From contig CAWELD010000003.1 in the NCBI GenBank assembly GCA_963809895.1, positions 2,912,001-2,976,000 on the forward strand: 64,000 bases of DNA. Direction: 5' to 3'. The notes beneath the pieces were generated by a model. The model was not told the DNA's origin and did no database searches. It worked only from the letters and a program-made list of their open reading frames with translations. This stretch comes from an uncultured Gemmatimonadales bacterium (GTDB lineage: Bacteria > Gemmatimonadota > Gemmatimonadetes > Longimicrobiales > Gaopeijiaceae). The position numbers were made by a program, and so were the translations under genes. Positions 19,792 to 29,232 of the stretch are shown here, one piece after another; positions within the stretch are counted from its first letter, which is position 1; each line of letters begins with the position of its first letter.

Positions 19792-21120
19792 CTAGATCCC
19801 GAGCTTCTCGATCTTGTAGAAAAGCGTGCGCACGCTGATACCGAGCAGGCGCGCGGCCTGAGCCTTGTTGTCGCCGGTGCGCTCCAGCGCGGCGCGAATG
19901 GCGTCGCGCTCGGCCCGGGCAACCACCTCGCCCAGGGGCTCCACACCGCCCGCCGACTCTGGCGGCGACGACGCCTCAACTGCCGGGAGGCTCACGTCCT
20001 GGACGTCCCCGTCCTCCGACATCAGCACGGACCGCTCCAGAACGTTCTTCAGCTCACGCACGTTCCCGGGCCAGGCATGGCTCTTCAGGCGCTCCAGCGC
20101 CGCGGGCGAGAGGCGGGCTCGCACGCCCAGGCGCTCGGCGAACTCCGCCAACATCGTACGAGCCAGCGCTTCGACGTCGGTGGGCCGCTCGCGGAGCGGG
20201 GGGATGTGGATGGGGAAGACGTTGATGCGGTAGTAGAGGTCCTCGCGGAAGCGTCCTTCGCGCACCGCCTGGGCGAGATCCTCATGCGTCGCAGCGACGA
20301 CGCGCACGTCGACCTTCCGGGGCGTGTTCGATCCCAGACGCTCCACGACGCCCTCCTGGAGGACCCGCAGCAGCTTGGGCTGAAGGGTCGAGGGCATGTC
20401 ACCGATCTCGTCGAGAAAGAGCGTACCACCGTCGGCCACCTCGAACTTGCCCGGGCGATCCTTGACGGCGCCCGTATAGGCGCCTCGCTGGGCCCCGAAC
20501 AGCTCGGCCTCCAGGAGCTCGCCGGGTATCGCGGCACAGTTCACGGCCACGAACGGATGATCGCGCCGGGCGGACCGCTGGTGGAGCAGGCGAGCCACCA
20601 CTTCCTTGCCGACCCCGGTCTCTCCCGTGACCAGCACCGTGGTGGGAGCGTCGGCGACCTGTCCCACCAGCGAGAGGACCTCCCGCATGGCAGGGCTCTC
20701 GGCCACGACGCCCGCCGCGTCCGACGTGTCCGTCGCGGCAGCCGCGCGGCCTCCCGGTCGGGCTTCCAACGCACCGGCCACCAGCGACTCGAGCTCGTCC
20801 ACGCTGAAGGGCTTGAGCACGTAGTCGTAGGCGCCGGCCTTGATGGCCTCCACCGCGGTCTCGACGGTGCCGAACGCCGTGATGAGGATCACAGGCGTCC
20901 CCGGACGTCGGGTCCGGAGATCGGCGAGAAGCTCCATCCCGGAACGTCCCGGCAGCTGAAGGTCCGTGACCACCACATCCACCGACTGCTCGGACAGGAG
21001 CTCGGCGGCGTCCTCCGCGGTCGAAGCCGTGAGCACGTCGTAGCCCCGGTCCCCCAACGCCATCTCCACGATGCGTCGGATGTGCGGCTCGTCGTCGACG
21101 ACGAGGACCCTTTCACTCAT
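19792..21120 (-). CDS. NtrC-family sigma-54-dependent response regulator
   Basis: Receiver (VLVVDDE, TDLQLP, KPF); AAA+ (GETGVGKE, ELFG..GAYTGA, LFLDEIG, WPGNVREL); Fis-type HTH. Confidence 0.95.
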   Translation of the reverse strand: MSERVLVVDDEPHIRRIVEMALGDRGYDVLTASTAEDAAELLSEQSVDVVVTDLQLPGRSGMELLADLRTRRPGTPVILITAFGTVETAVEAIKAGAYDYVLKPFSVDELESLVAGALEARPGGRAAAATDTSDAAGVVAESPAMREVLSLVGQVADAPTTVLVTGETGVGKEVVARLLHQRSARRDHPFVAVNCAAIPGELLEAELFGAQRGAYTGAVKDRPGKFEVADGGTLFLDEIGDMPSTLQPKLLRVLQEGVVERLGSNTPRKVDVRVVAATHEDLAQAVREGRFREDLYYRINVFPIHIPPLRERPTDVEALARTMLAEFAERLGVRARLSPAALERLKSHAWPGNVRELKNVLERSVLMSEDGDVQDVSLPAVEASSPPESAGGVEPLGEVVARAERDAIRAALERTGDNKAQAARLLGISVRTLFYKIEKLGI

Positions 21121-22820
21121 CGCTGCTCCGGACCTGCAATGGGGAGGGTCACACGCATGCACGTGCCCTCGCCCGGTGTGCTCTCCACCTCGATCCGCCC
21201 CCCATGAGCCTCGACCAACTGCCGCACGATGGGAAGGCCCAGCCCGTTCCCGGCCCGATGCGTCGTGATCAATGGCTTCCAGATCTCCTCCAGCATGTCG
21301 GCGGGAATGCCCTCCCCGTCATCCTCCACCTCCATCACCGCCAGACTCCCATGGGTATTCGTACGCACCACCACGTGCCCCCCAGCGGCGCAGGCCCGGG
21401 TCGCGTTGGTGACGAGATTGACGACCACCTGTCGCAGAAGGTCCGGATCGGCCTCCAACGGAGCCGACTCGCCCTCGAGTCGGAGATCCACGCCCTTCTC
21501 CACGGCCTCGGCGTCCAGCGCCTCGATGGCGCCCCGGGCGACGTCGCGCAGGTCCGTCTGCTGGAGCACCGGCGCGGACTGTCGACCGAAGACCAGGAGG
21601 TCGTCCACCAGGCGGGCGAGCCGTTCCACTTCGGCCTCGAGCATCTCGCTCACCTCACGCTCTCGCGATCCGGCACCCGGTGCGCGAGCCAGAATCTCCG
21701 TGCCGGCGCGCAGCACGGCCAGCGGCGTCCGGATCTCGTGGGCCAGGCTCTTGGTGAGCATGCCCACCGCCGCCAGCGACTCGGCCCGGGCCAGCTCGGT
21801 GCGGGCCTCCTCGAGACGGGTGACCATGCTGGAGATGGCCTCGGCGAGAACCCGTACCTCCGACGGAGCCCACGACGAGGCCGCGGGGATGGGTTCGGGA
21901 TGTCGCGGGTCCAGATCCCGAGCAGCCCGGGTGAGACGGGCCAGCGAGAGCGTCGCGCTCCGGGTCACGAGCAGTGCGGCCGGCAGCGCCAGCACCAGGA
22001 AGAGCAACGCCAACGTAGCGAGTTGACGACCCGCCTGATGCAACGCGCGGGTCACCTCCGCCCGGGCGCGGCCCACCGACACCACCATCGGTCCCGCGAC
22101 GGTGCGTCCTGTGTGACTCGCCCAGATGTAGGCGTCGTCGGGTCCGTCCAATCCCTCGCCCCGGGCGAGCAGGGTCCCGTCGTCGAGGGTGAGCCGCGTG
22201 GTGGCCAGCTCCAGGGGGATCGCGGACGTGAGGAAGGGACGGAGCGGAGTCCACACCACGATGCGCCCCAGGACGCTCTCGTCCACGGCGGAATGCACGT
22301 CGGCGGAGGAGATCACCGATCCCCCGTCGCCGGGCACGAGACGAATCCCGGGTACCGCCGCCACGATCGCATCCTGCACGTCGGCGGGAAGCGGCGGCCC
22401 CTCTCCGCCCAGACGCGCCGGATCGGACGCCGACAGGATCGTGCCGTTGCGCGCGGCCACCGCTCGGGTGCCGTTCCCCAGCGCGTCGGCCAGGTCGGCC
22501 AGCGACTGCGACACCCGCTTGTCGACGTCGTCCACGGCCAGGTCCTGGGAGGTTTCCAGGGTGGCCCACAGGTCCACGAGACGGCTCCGCTCGGCCAGCG
22601 CGCCTTCGAGACGATCCGCCGCCACGGTGGCCTCGACGGACAGGGTCGCGTCGGTCTCGGCTACCAGGCGCTCCTCGCCGGCGCCATATTCGCGCAGGAC
22701 GACCGCCACCGTGGCCAGGACCATGAACGCAGCCAACAGGAGGGCGAGACGTCCGGCCAACGACCCGGGCAGCAGCCCGACCGCGCGTCCTGCACCCTGA
22801 GAGGATTCCGACCGTTGCAC
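21117..22820 (-). CDS. Membrane sensor histidine kinase (periplasmic sensor, HAMP, HisKA, HATPase)
   Basis: Two TM helices; LAHEIRTPL H-box, NLVTNA, DDGEGIP, GNGLGL; start uncertain (GTG ~22820); the upstream part of ORF 21117..24362 is an antisense shadow. Confidence 0.88.
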   Translation of the reverse strand: MQRSESSQGAGRAVGLLPGSLAGRLALLLAAFMVLATVAVVLREYGAGEERLVAETDATLSVEATVAADRLEGALAERSRLVDLWATLETSQDLAVDDVDKRVSQSLADLADALGNGTRAVAARNGTILSASDPARLGGEGPPLPADVQDAIVAAVPGIRLVPGDGGSVISSADVHSAVDESVLGRIVVWTPLRPFLTSAIPLELATTRLTLDDGTLLARGEGLDGPDDAYIWASHTGRTVAGPMVVSVGRARAEVTRALHQAGRQLATLALLFLVLALPAALLVTRSATLSLARLTRAARDLDPRHPEPIPAASSWAPSEVRVLAEAISSMVTRLEEARTELARAESLAAVGMLTKSLAHEIRTPLAVLRAGTEILARAPGAGSREREVSEMLEAEVERLARLVDDLLVFGRQSAPVLQQTDLRDVARGAIEALDAEAVEKGVDLRLEGESAPLEADPDLLRQVVVNLVTNATRACAAGGHVVVRTNTHGSLAVMEVEDDGEGIPADMLEEIWKPLITTHRAGNGLGLPIVRQLVEAHGGRIEVESTPGEGTCMRVTLPIAGPEQR

Positions 22821-22853
22821 CGAAGCTTCTCGCTCTTCCCCGCCCTCGGGCGT

Positions 22854-23981
22854 TTGGTTCGACGGGCCCTGACCGTGGCGTTGGCCCTGGGTGCCCTGTC
22901 GGGTGCCGCGGCGCCCGCCCGGGCCCAGCTTCCGGCGCCGCCGGTGGTGGGGACCGACTTCTTCCAGTTCGGGGGCTACGCCGGGCTCACCGTCACCCGG
23001 CCCGAACATCCGGAAGGGGTCGAGAATGTCGATGTCAGCGAGCTCGTGGCCGCCCTCATGGCCTGGGGGCAGCTTTCCCCCAGGGCAAGCTATCTGGTCG
23101 AGCTGGACATGGCCAAGCGCACCACCGAGACCTGGACCGGACGTGAGTCCGATCGGCGGCTGGACCCCGTGCGCCTCTACCTGGAGTACTCGGCCAGCGA
23201 TCTGCTGCGGGTGCGGGTCGGACGCTTCCTCACCCCTGTCGGTCAGTGGAACGAGCGGCACGCCGAGCCTCTCACGTGGACGCCCACGCGCCCACTGACC
23301 ACCTATCGTCCCTTCGCGAAGAGCCTCACCGGACTGCTGCTCGCGGGCGAGGGCTCGGTGGCGGGGCACGACGCGGGCTATGCCCTGTTCTGGGCACCGT
23401 CCGCGTCCTGGGACCGGCGCTTCTACGACGAGGAGGAGAGTGGGTTCGCCCAGGCCCTTGGAGCTCGGGTGGCCGTCGAAGCCCATCGTGGGCTGACGCT
23501 GGGCCTGAGCGCGGCGCGCATCCGACGCTCGCAGCCCCGCGACCCGGACACCGAGCTCACCGGCGAGCGGGCCGCCGTCGTCGTCTTCCCCGCGCCGACC
23601 ATCCCCCGACTCGCAACGCAGGAGACGGACGAGTGGGAGGAGGAAGAGGAGCCCCGGGCCCTGTTCGGCGCCGACCTCCGCTGGATCCGACCGAACGTGG
23701 AGCTCACCGCGGAAGGCGCCTGGATCCCATCGGTCGACGGAGAGCCCACCGAGCGCGGGATCTTCGGCCAGGGCGCCGTACGCGTACGAGGTCCGGTATG
23801 GGCCGTCGGACGGGCCGAGACCTACACCCCCGTAGACGGCACCACCGTGCACGTGGGATACGCCGGACTCACCGTTCGGGCAGGTCCCCATTTCGTGATG
23901 AAGTTCGGCCGCCAGTTCTCGAAGCGACCCTCGACCCGGATCCCGGACGGATGGTTCCTGTCCTTCTCGTCGCTCTTCTGA
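22854..23981 (+). CDS. Outer-membrane beta-barrel (porin-like) protein
   Basis: Signal peptide ending PARA-Q; RLYLEY, RVRVGRFLTPVGQWN; amphipathic strands; C-terminal FLSFSSLF; start (TTG) uncertain. Confidence 0.75.
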   Translation: MVRRALTVALALGALSGAAAPARAQLPAPPVVGTDFFQFGGYAGLTVTRPEHPEGVENVDVSELVAALMAWGQLSPRASYLVELDMAKRTTETWTGRESDRRLDPVRLYLEYSASDLLRVRVGRFLTPVGQWNERHAEPLTWTPTRPLTTYRPFAKSLTGLLLAGEGSVAGHDAGYALFWAPSASWDRRFYDEEESGFAQALGARVAVEAHRGLTLGLSAARIRRSQPRDPDTELTGERAAVVVFPAPTIPRLATQETDEWEEEEEPRALFGADLRWIRPNVELTAEGAWIPSVDGEPTERGIFGQGAVRVRGPVWAVGRAETYTPVDGTTVHVGYAGLTVRAGPHFVMKFGRQFSKRPSTRIPDGWFLSFSSLF

Positions 23982-24553
23982 GCGGGGCGGGGGCGCGCCC
24001 CACCCCCCGGGCCCAGGAGGCGCCGGAGCCGGTGTGCGTGGTGGCGCACCTGCCCGAGGGTGTGGAGGCGGATCACGTGACGGAGGAGCTCGTCCGGCGG
24101 CTCTTCCTCGTCCGCCAGCGCTTCTGGCCCGACGGCAGTGCGGCGCATCCGGTGAACCTACCGGCGGCCTCGCCGGTCCGGGACCGGTTCTCGCGCGCGA
24201 TCTTCGGCGAGACCGTGCAGGAGATGGTGCCCTACTGGAACGACCGCTACTTCCACGGGACCCGCCCTCCGCCCACGGTGGCCTCGGAGGCCGCCGTGCT
24301 CCTCTACCTGGATCGCACGTCCGGAGGGATCGGCTACGTGCAGGCGTCGGCCGCCGAGGCACTGCCGACGAGCGTCACGCGGCTCTTCTGTACGTCCCCC
24401 CGGGGGGCGAGCGCCTCCGGCGGGTCATTCCGGAACCGGAGTCTCGACGATGACCCGACCTCGCATCGTCGGGTGAAACGAACACAGGTACGCCCTGGAA
24501 CCGGGACTCCCCGCAATCCACCGCCAATGTCGGCCCGGATCCAGACGGGGTGA
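23951..24553 (+). CDS. Small PstS-like periplasmic binding protein
   Basis: Signal peptide; VVAH...LVRRLFL...WPDG...PVNLP...YW...PP..VASEAAVL..LDRTSGGIGYV signature; 3' end overlaps the convergent gene. Confidence 0.75.
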   Translation: MVPVLLVALLSGAGARPTPRAQEAPEPVCVVAHLPEGVEADHVTEELVRRLFLVRQRFWPDGSAAHPVNLPAASPVRDRFSRAIFGETVQEMVPYWNDRYFHGTRPPPTVASEAAVLLYLDRTSGGIGYVQASAAEALPTSVTRLFCTSPRGASASGGSFRNRSLDDDPTSHRRVKRTQVRPGTGTPRNPPPMSARIQTG

Positions 24554-24763
24554 GGTCCAGGCAGAATCGGCGGCCGTGACGGTGTGCGGGATCACGTCGT
24601 CATTGGTCCACTCCACGGTATCGCCCGGAAGCACCCGGATTTCCGCCGGCCTGAAGGCCATCCCCCGGATCTCCACGCTGCGCGTCACCGGCGTGCGCGG
24701 TGGCCCCGGCCCACCGCATGCGAGAACGTACGGGATCGCGAACAGGAAGCGAGCGCTGCGCAT
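24425..24763 (-). CDS. Cupredoxin (amicyanin/plastocyanin-like) lipoprotein
   Basis: VLAC lipobox; GDTVEWTNDD..PHTV; type-1 Cu ligands CSFHPTM. Confidence 0.88.
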   Translation of the reverse strand: MRSARFLFAIPYVLACGGPGPPRTPVTRSVEIRGMAFRPAEIRVLPGDTVEWTNDDVIPHTVTAADSAWTSPRLDPGRHWRWIAGSPGSRAYLCSFHPTMRGRVIVETPVPE

Positions 24764-24769
24764 GCGAGC

Positions 24770-25297
24770 TCAGCCGTTGGGAAGCGCGGCGAGAACGCCC
24801 CGCGCCTGCTCCAGATGGGCCCGCAGCGCCGGCAGCACTCCCTCCAGGAGCTCTCGCAACTCGTCGTTGGAGGTGGCCGGTACGAGCGTGTCCGCCACGG
24901 TGGCGATCACCGCCTCGTGATAGCTGACCTCGTTCTCCATGTATGCCCGGTCGAATGCGGCACCTTCCAGCCGTGCCAACCTCTGACGGGTCGCTTGCGC
25001 TCCCTTGGCCAGGCCCCGGCTCGTGTCGTTGTCCACGGGCTCGACACCGAGGCGGCCGGCGAGGGCAGCGGCCTGATCGATGACGGCCTGATGGTCCCGA
25101 ACCATCGTTTCCGCGAACTGCCGCACGGCCTGGTTTTCGGAGCGTTCCAGAGCCTGTTCGGCCGCCGTGATGTCCAACCGGTTCGCGGTCACGGCGATGT
25201 GCGCGATCTCGGCATCGCTCAGTCGGACCGGCATGGGCGCCGCATCGGTGATGGGGAATATCGAGAGAAGCACGACGGTGGCGAAGAGCGTGGTCAT
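24770..25297 (-). CDS. DUF4142 (ferritin-like) exported protein
   Basis: LSDAEIAHIAVTAN..DI, VRQFAETMVRDH, FDRAYMENEVSYH and HLEQA motifs. Confidence 0.85.
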   Translation of the reverse strand: MTTLFATVVLLSIFPITDAAPMPVRLSDAEIAHIAVTANRLDITAAEQALERSENQAVRQFAETMVRDHQAVIDQAAALAGRLGVEPVDNDTSRGLAKGAQATRQRLARLEGAAFDRAYMENEVSYHEAVIATVADTLVPATSNDELRELLEGVLPALRAHLEQARGVLAALPNG

Positions 25298-25452
25298 CCT
25301 CGGTCCTCCTGGGTTCGAGATGGGCGGTGTCGCCTGAGTCGAGAAGAAAAAGAATGAGGTTAACATAGTTTGTCAATGAGTTTCTTGTGTTACTGTGAAA
25401 TCCTCGGCCCTTGTCGGCGCTACGTGAGACCTCCCTGGGACTGCGCCCGGAC

Positions 25453-26091
25453 CTACGCGTCCTGCGCGTCCGCAAACGTGACCTCGAACGCGCACTGCGC
25501 TCGCCGTCCCCGCTCACAGACCTCGCGCACACGCCCTCCAGTGGTCTCACGAACCAGGGCCTCCACCAGGCCGCAGGCCCGCGCATCCTGGCGCGTCACG
25601 GCGGAGAGTGGACATGCGGAGCCACGAAGGGTCCACATTCCGTCCCGGTGGCGAACCTCCACGCTTCCGCCCAGCGCCCGCAGTGCGGCCGCCGCCTGGG
25701 TGACGCGTGCCTCGGGGCTTCCCGACCCTGGGGTGGCCGCCTCGACGCCCACGTCGTCCAGGAGCTCGCGGAGTCCCGACGACCCCAGCCTCGTCTCGAC
25801 GGCGTCCATGAGACGCTCCAGAACGAAGGCGTACGCTTTGGGAAAGAGCTCGTCGGCCTCCTGGGTGACGGAGTAGGTGGCCGCCGGCTTTCCTCCGGTA
25901 TCCCGGCGGACGCCGGTTTGGAGGACCAACCCGTCCCGCTCCAGCGCAGCCATGTGTCCACGGATGGCGTTGGGTGTCACTCCCACCTCCTCGGCCACCT
26001 CCTGAATCGTGCGATCGCCGCGTTGGAGGAGCTGCATCACCTGCAGACGAGTATCGCCCGCGAGTCGCTCGAGCCAGTCCGGTGCCACCAT
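25453..26091 (-). CDS. ArsR/SufR-like (COG2345) HTH regulator with Cys metal/Fe-S motif
   Basis: HTH TIQEVAEEVGVTPNAIRGHMAALERDGLV; GGKPAATY; LFPKAY; ACPL...AC...C...CAF. Confidence 0.85.
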   Translation of the reverse strand: MVAPDWLERLAGDTRLQVMQLLQRGDRTIQEVAEEVGVTPNAIRGHMAALERDGLVLQTGVRRDTGGKPAATYSVTQEADELFPKAYAFVLERLMDAVETRLGSSGLRELLDDVGVEAATPGSGSPEARVTQAAAALRALGGSVEVRHRDGMWTLRGSACPLSAVTRQDARACGLVEALVRETTGGRVREVCERGRRAQCAFEVTFADAQDA

Positions 26092-26314
26092 GAGTCCCAC
26101 TCCACCAGAGAAAACGGTAAACGAAGGATAAACTGGGCTTTCCTTCCAGTTCCCTCTCCCGTTCCCGGTACGGGCTTCTACGGACCACCGCCGGGGCACA
26201 TCCCGACACGGATCTCCAGCCGCGTCCCACAGCCTGCGCCCCCGGCGATGGCTTAGGCTTACGCTACCAGACGGCTGCGAATCGAACGAAGCGCCCCGAA
26301 CCCCCGAGGTCGAC

Positions 26315-27539
26315 ATGCGTCACGGACGTCCCCCTGGTCATCCCCACGGCCACTCCTCCTCCAGGACGGGTCCCCTCGGGATGACGCTCGACTTCGACCA
26401 GGCGCCCTTCCTGGTCATCTGGGAGACCACCCAGGCCTGTGACCTGGCGTGCAAGCACTGTCGGGCCGAGGCCCAGCCGCTGCCGCCACCCGACGAGCTG
26501 ACCACGGCCGAGGCAAAGAAGCTACTGGAGGACGTGCGGCGCTTCGGCCCCATCATCTTCGTCTTCTCCGGCGGTGACGCGCTGAAGCGGCCCGACATCG
26601 TGGAGCTGACCCGCTACGGCACCGAGCTGGGACTGCGCATGGCCATCACGCCGGCCACCACGCCGCTGTGCTCCGAGGAGAAGCTGCGCGAGCTCCACGA
26701 GGCCGGGATGGCCCGGCTGGCGGTGAGCCTGGACGGCTCCGACGTCGGCGGTCCACGACGAGTTCCGCAGGTGCAGGGTTCGTTCGACCACGGACTCCGG
26801 ATCCTGCGCACCGCCCGGGAGATCGGCATGTCCACCCAGGTGAACACGGTCGTCGCCCGCCACAACGTGAACGACTTCCGCGTGATGGCCGAGCTGCTCT
26901 CGGAGCTCGGGATCGTCTTCTGGGAGGTCTTCTTCCTCGATCCCCATGGGGCGCGCGCGCCCGGAGGACGTGGCCGGCGCAGAGGCTTTCGAGCGCGTGT
27001 TCAACGAGCTCTACGACTGCCAAGAGGTGCCGTTCGACATCAAGGCCACGGCCGCGCCCCAATACTCGCGCGTGGTGCTCCAGCGGAAGGTCGCGGAGCG
27101 GCGAGAAGGGATGCGGGACGGAGGCGTCGGACGTGCTCACCGACGGTGTCGGCCCACTCCCTGAGCGACGGCATCGGCCGGGCCCGGGGCGTGAACGACG
27201 GCGACGGCTTCATGTTCGTGAGCCACGTCGGGCGACATCTTCCCGTCGGGCTTCCTCCCCATGTCGGCGGGCAACGTCCGCACCCACGACCTGGTGGACA
27301 TCTACCGCAACGCTCCGCTCTTCCGGCAGCTCCGCGACCGGTCAGCTCTCAAGGGCAAGTGCGCGGTCTGCGAGTACCTGCGCGTGTGCGGGGGGAGCCG
27401 GGCGCGGGCCTACGCGGTCACCGGCGATCCCCTGGAGGCCGAGCCCTTCTGCGCCCACATCCCGAAGCGGTACCAGCGGATGGTGGAGGCCGGTGAGGCC
27501 GAGCCGGTGGATCCGTACTTCGCCAGCGAGGGCTCTTGA
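26315..27539 (+). pseudogene. Radical SAM/SPASM protein (TIGR04053/AhbD-like) with several frameshifts
   Basis: IWETTQACDLACKHCRA (CxxxCxxC), FSGGDAL, VNDGDGFMFVSH; SPASM KGKCAVCEYLRVCGGSRARAY...EPFC lies in another frame. Confidence 0.85.
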
Positions 27540-27599
27540 TCGGGGGATAGCGCCTCGATCCATGGAGGGAGGGCGACGTGAGAACGGCGCCACCCGTGC

Positions 27600-27946
27600 C
27601 GTCGCAGGCGCTTCAGCAGGTAGCGCCGCAAGGCACCGCGTTGTTGCGCTCGGTGTCGCGGGCTGCGTATACGAGCGTCGCCGGCCCTTCCCTGACGGCG
27701 TCGAGAAGCGTCACGAGGCCGTCGGGATCGCCATCCAACTCGGCGTGGTATCGCCGGAGTAGTTCGTCCCAGCGCTCCGGGTCCCGGTCGTACCAGCGCT
27801 GCGGACGTCGTTCGGTGCGACGTAGCCGAGCTACGCCTCGCTCGCTCGCCTTCCCTGCTCACTCCCGCGGCCAGAGTCGGTCCACCAGGAAGCGCCGGCC
27901 AACGTCGTCGGGCGGCGCGTCGTGACCCGCCGGACCAGGTTCGCAT
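27600..27946 (-). pseudogene. DUF488/YeaO-family protein, frameshifted, absent from the ORF track
   Basis: Manual minus-strand translation gives GRRFLVDRLWPR...RWYDRDPERWDELLRRYHAELD...TLVYAARDTERNNAV. Confidence 0.8.
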
Positions 27947-29232
27947 GGAACCTCGCCCCGGGCTCAGGAACCCGCGGACCCCCGGGCCGAGCCCCCGCCA
28001 GGCGCTCCGCAGTCCGTCGCGCCTCCGCCAGCCGCCCGGGAATCCCGGGCCGCCCATCCAGTTCGCCGCGACGTGAAGCCGCTTGGGAGGCCCAGCCCTG
28101 CAGGGCGCCCCAGGACCCGTCCCAGGCGGGCATGACCTCGCGCTCGACGGCGAGGGGCCGCGCGTCGTACCCGGTGCAGGTCCGGAACTCATCGACCGCG
28201 AGGCGGGCCAGCTCGGTGTCGGGCAGTTCGACGACTTCCGGGCGGCGCCGCCCAGGTATGCCGTGTACACGTTCCGTCGGCCGAACATGGAGTGGTTGTA
28301 CGTGACGCCCCGGAGCGCGAGGTGCTCCGTGAAGGCGACCTGAAAGCCGAGTCCCTCGAGGTCCGTCTCGGCGTCGAGATGCACCACCGCCAGCGGGTTG
28401 TAGTGGAGGGACCGAAGCGCGCCGGCGGCGTCCGGCGCGACGGAATCCAGCAGGGTCGCCACGGCCGGCGCCGGAGCGGTGAACACCACCTGCTCGGCGT
28501 CCAGAGGCCGCCATCGACCTCGAGGCACCCGCCCGTGCGCTCCGCTCGCGGGCCTCGCACGGGCGCACCGAGACGCACGCCTCACCCAGAGATCGCGCGA
28601 GGGCGTTCGGCAGGGTCTGCATGCCCTCCCGGAACGACAGGGCCGGCGGGGGCACGATGCGCCCGCCGCGCCGCAACAGAGGAAGCACGAGACTCCGGCG
28701 AATACCGAACTCGCGTCAGCACGTGTCCCAGTGACAGCCCGACCACCATGTCCGCGGGATCGGAGCCGTAGAGGCCTCCGTAGAGGGGCGCTACGAGCGT
28801 CTCGTAGATCTCCCGTCCGACCTTCCGCGTGAAGTAGCGGGCTACGCGTTCCCCGGGATCGGCACCGGAGGTGAGGGGCTCGAGGGCGAGGCGCAGCTTC
28901 GCCATGGGGCTCACGATGTCCGAGCGCAGGAAGTCGCCCGCCGAGAACGGAACGCGCCGTAAGCGCTTCTTCCGGTACACGAACAGGCCCAGCCCGGAGG
29001 GTGCGATGAGCGCCTCTCCCTCCAGCTCGAGATCCTCCACCAGATCGCGGAGTCCGGACGTCAGGCGTGTACGTTGCGGTCCCCACTCCAGCACGCGATC
29101 CTCGACGCGTGCGCTCCGGATGACACCGCCGGGCCGGTCGGAAGCCTCCAGGACCACGAAGTCCACCTGCCGGCGACTCAGCTCCCATCCCAGAACGAGC
29201 CCGGTGATCCCTCCCCCCACGACGGCGATCAT
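27947..29232 (-). pseudogene. hemY: HemY-type FAD-dependent (co)protoporphyrinogen oxidase, frameshifted
   Basis: IAVVGGGITG, LEASDRPGGVIRS, EWGPQ, PLYGGLYGSDP, SFREGMQTLP and GFQ segments across several frames; 3' end approximate. Confidence 0.85.

Noticed and set aside
21117..24362. 1081-aa kinase and 925-aa plus-strand ORF as full-length overlapping genes
   Set aside because: Each has a real half (kinase, porin) and an antisense shadow half, as expected in high-GC DNA.
24425..24553. Functional 129-nt convergent overlap of the PstS-like and cupredoxin genes
   Set aside because: The PstS-like homology ends before the overlap, so the tail is probably read-through or an indel.
26092..26314. 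Possible cobalamin riboswitch (GGGAA/ACTGGAAGG on the minus strand)
   Set aside because: The conserved core (CCCGC/ACTGT, B12-box spacing) could not be assembled by eye; an Rfam cmscan would settle it.
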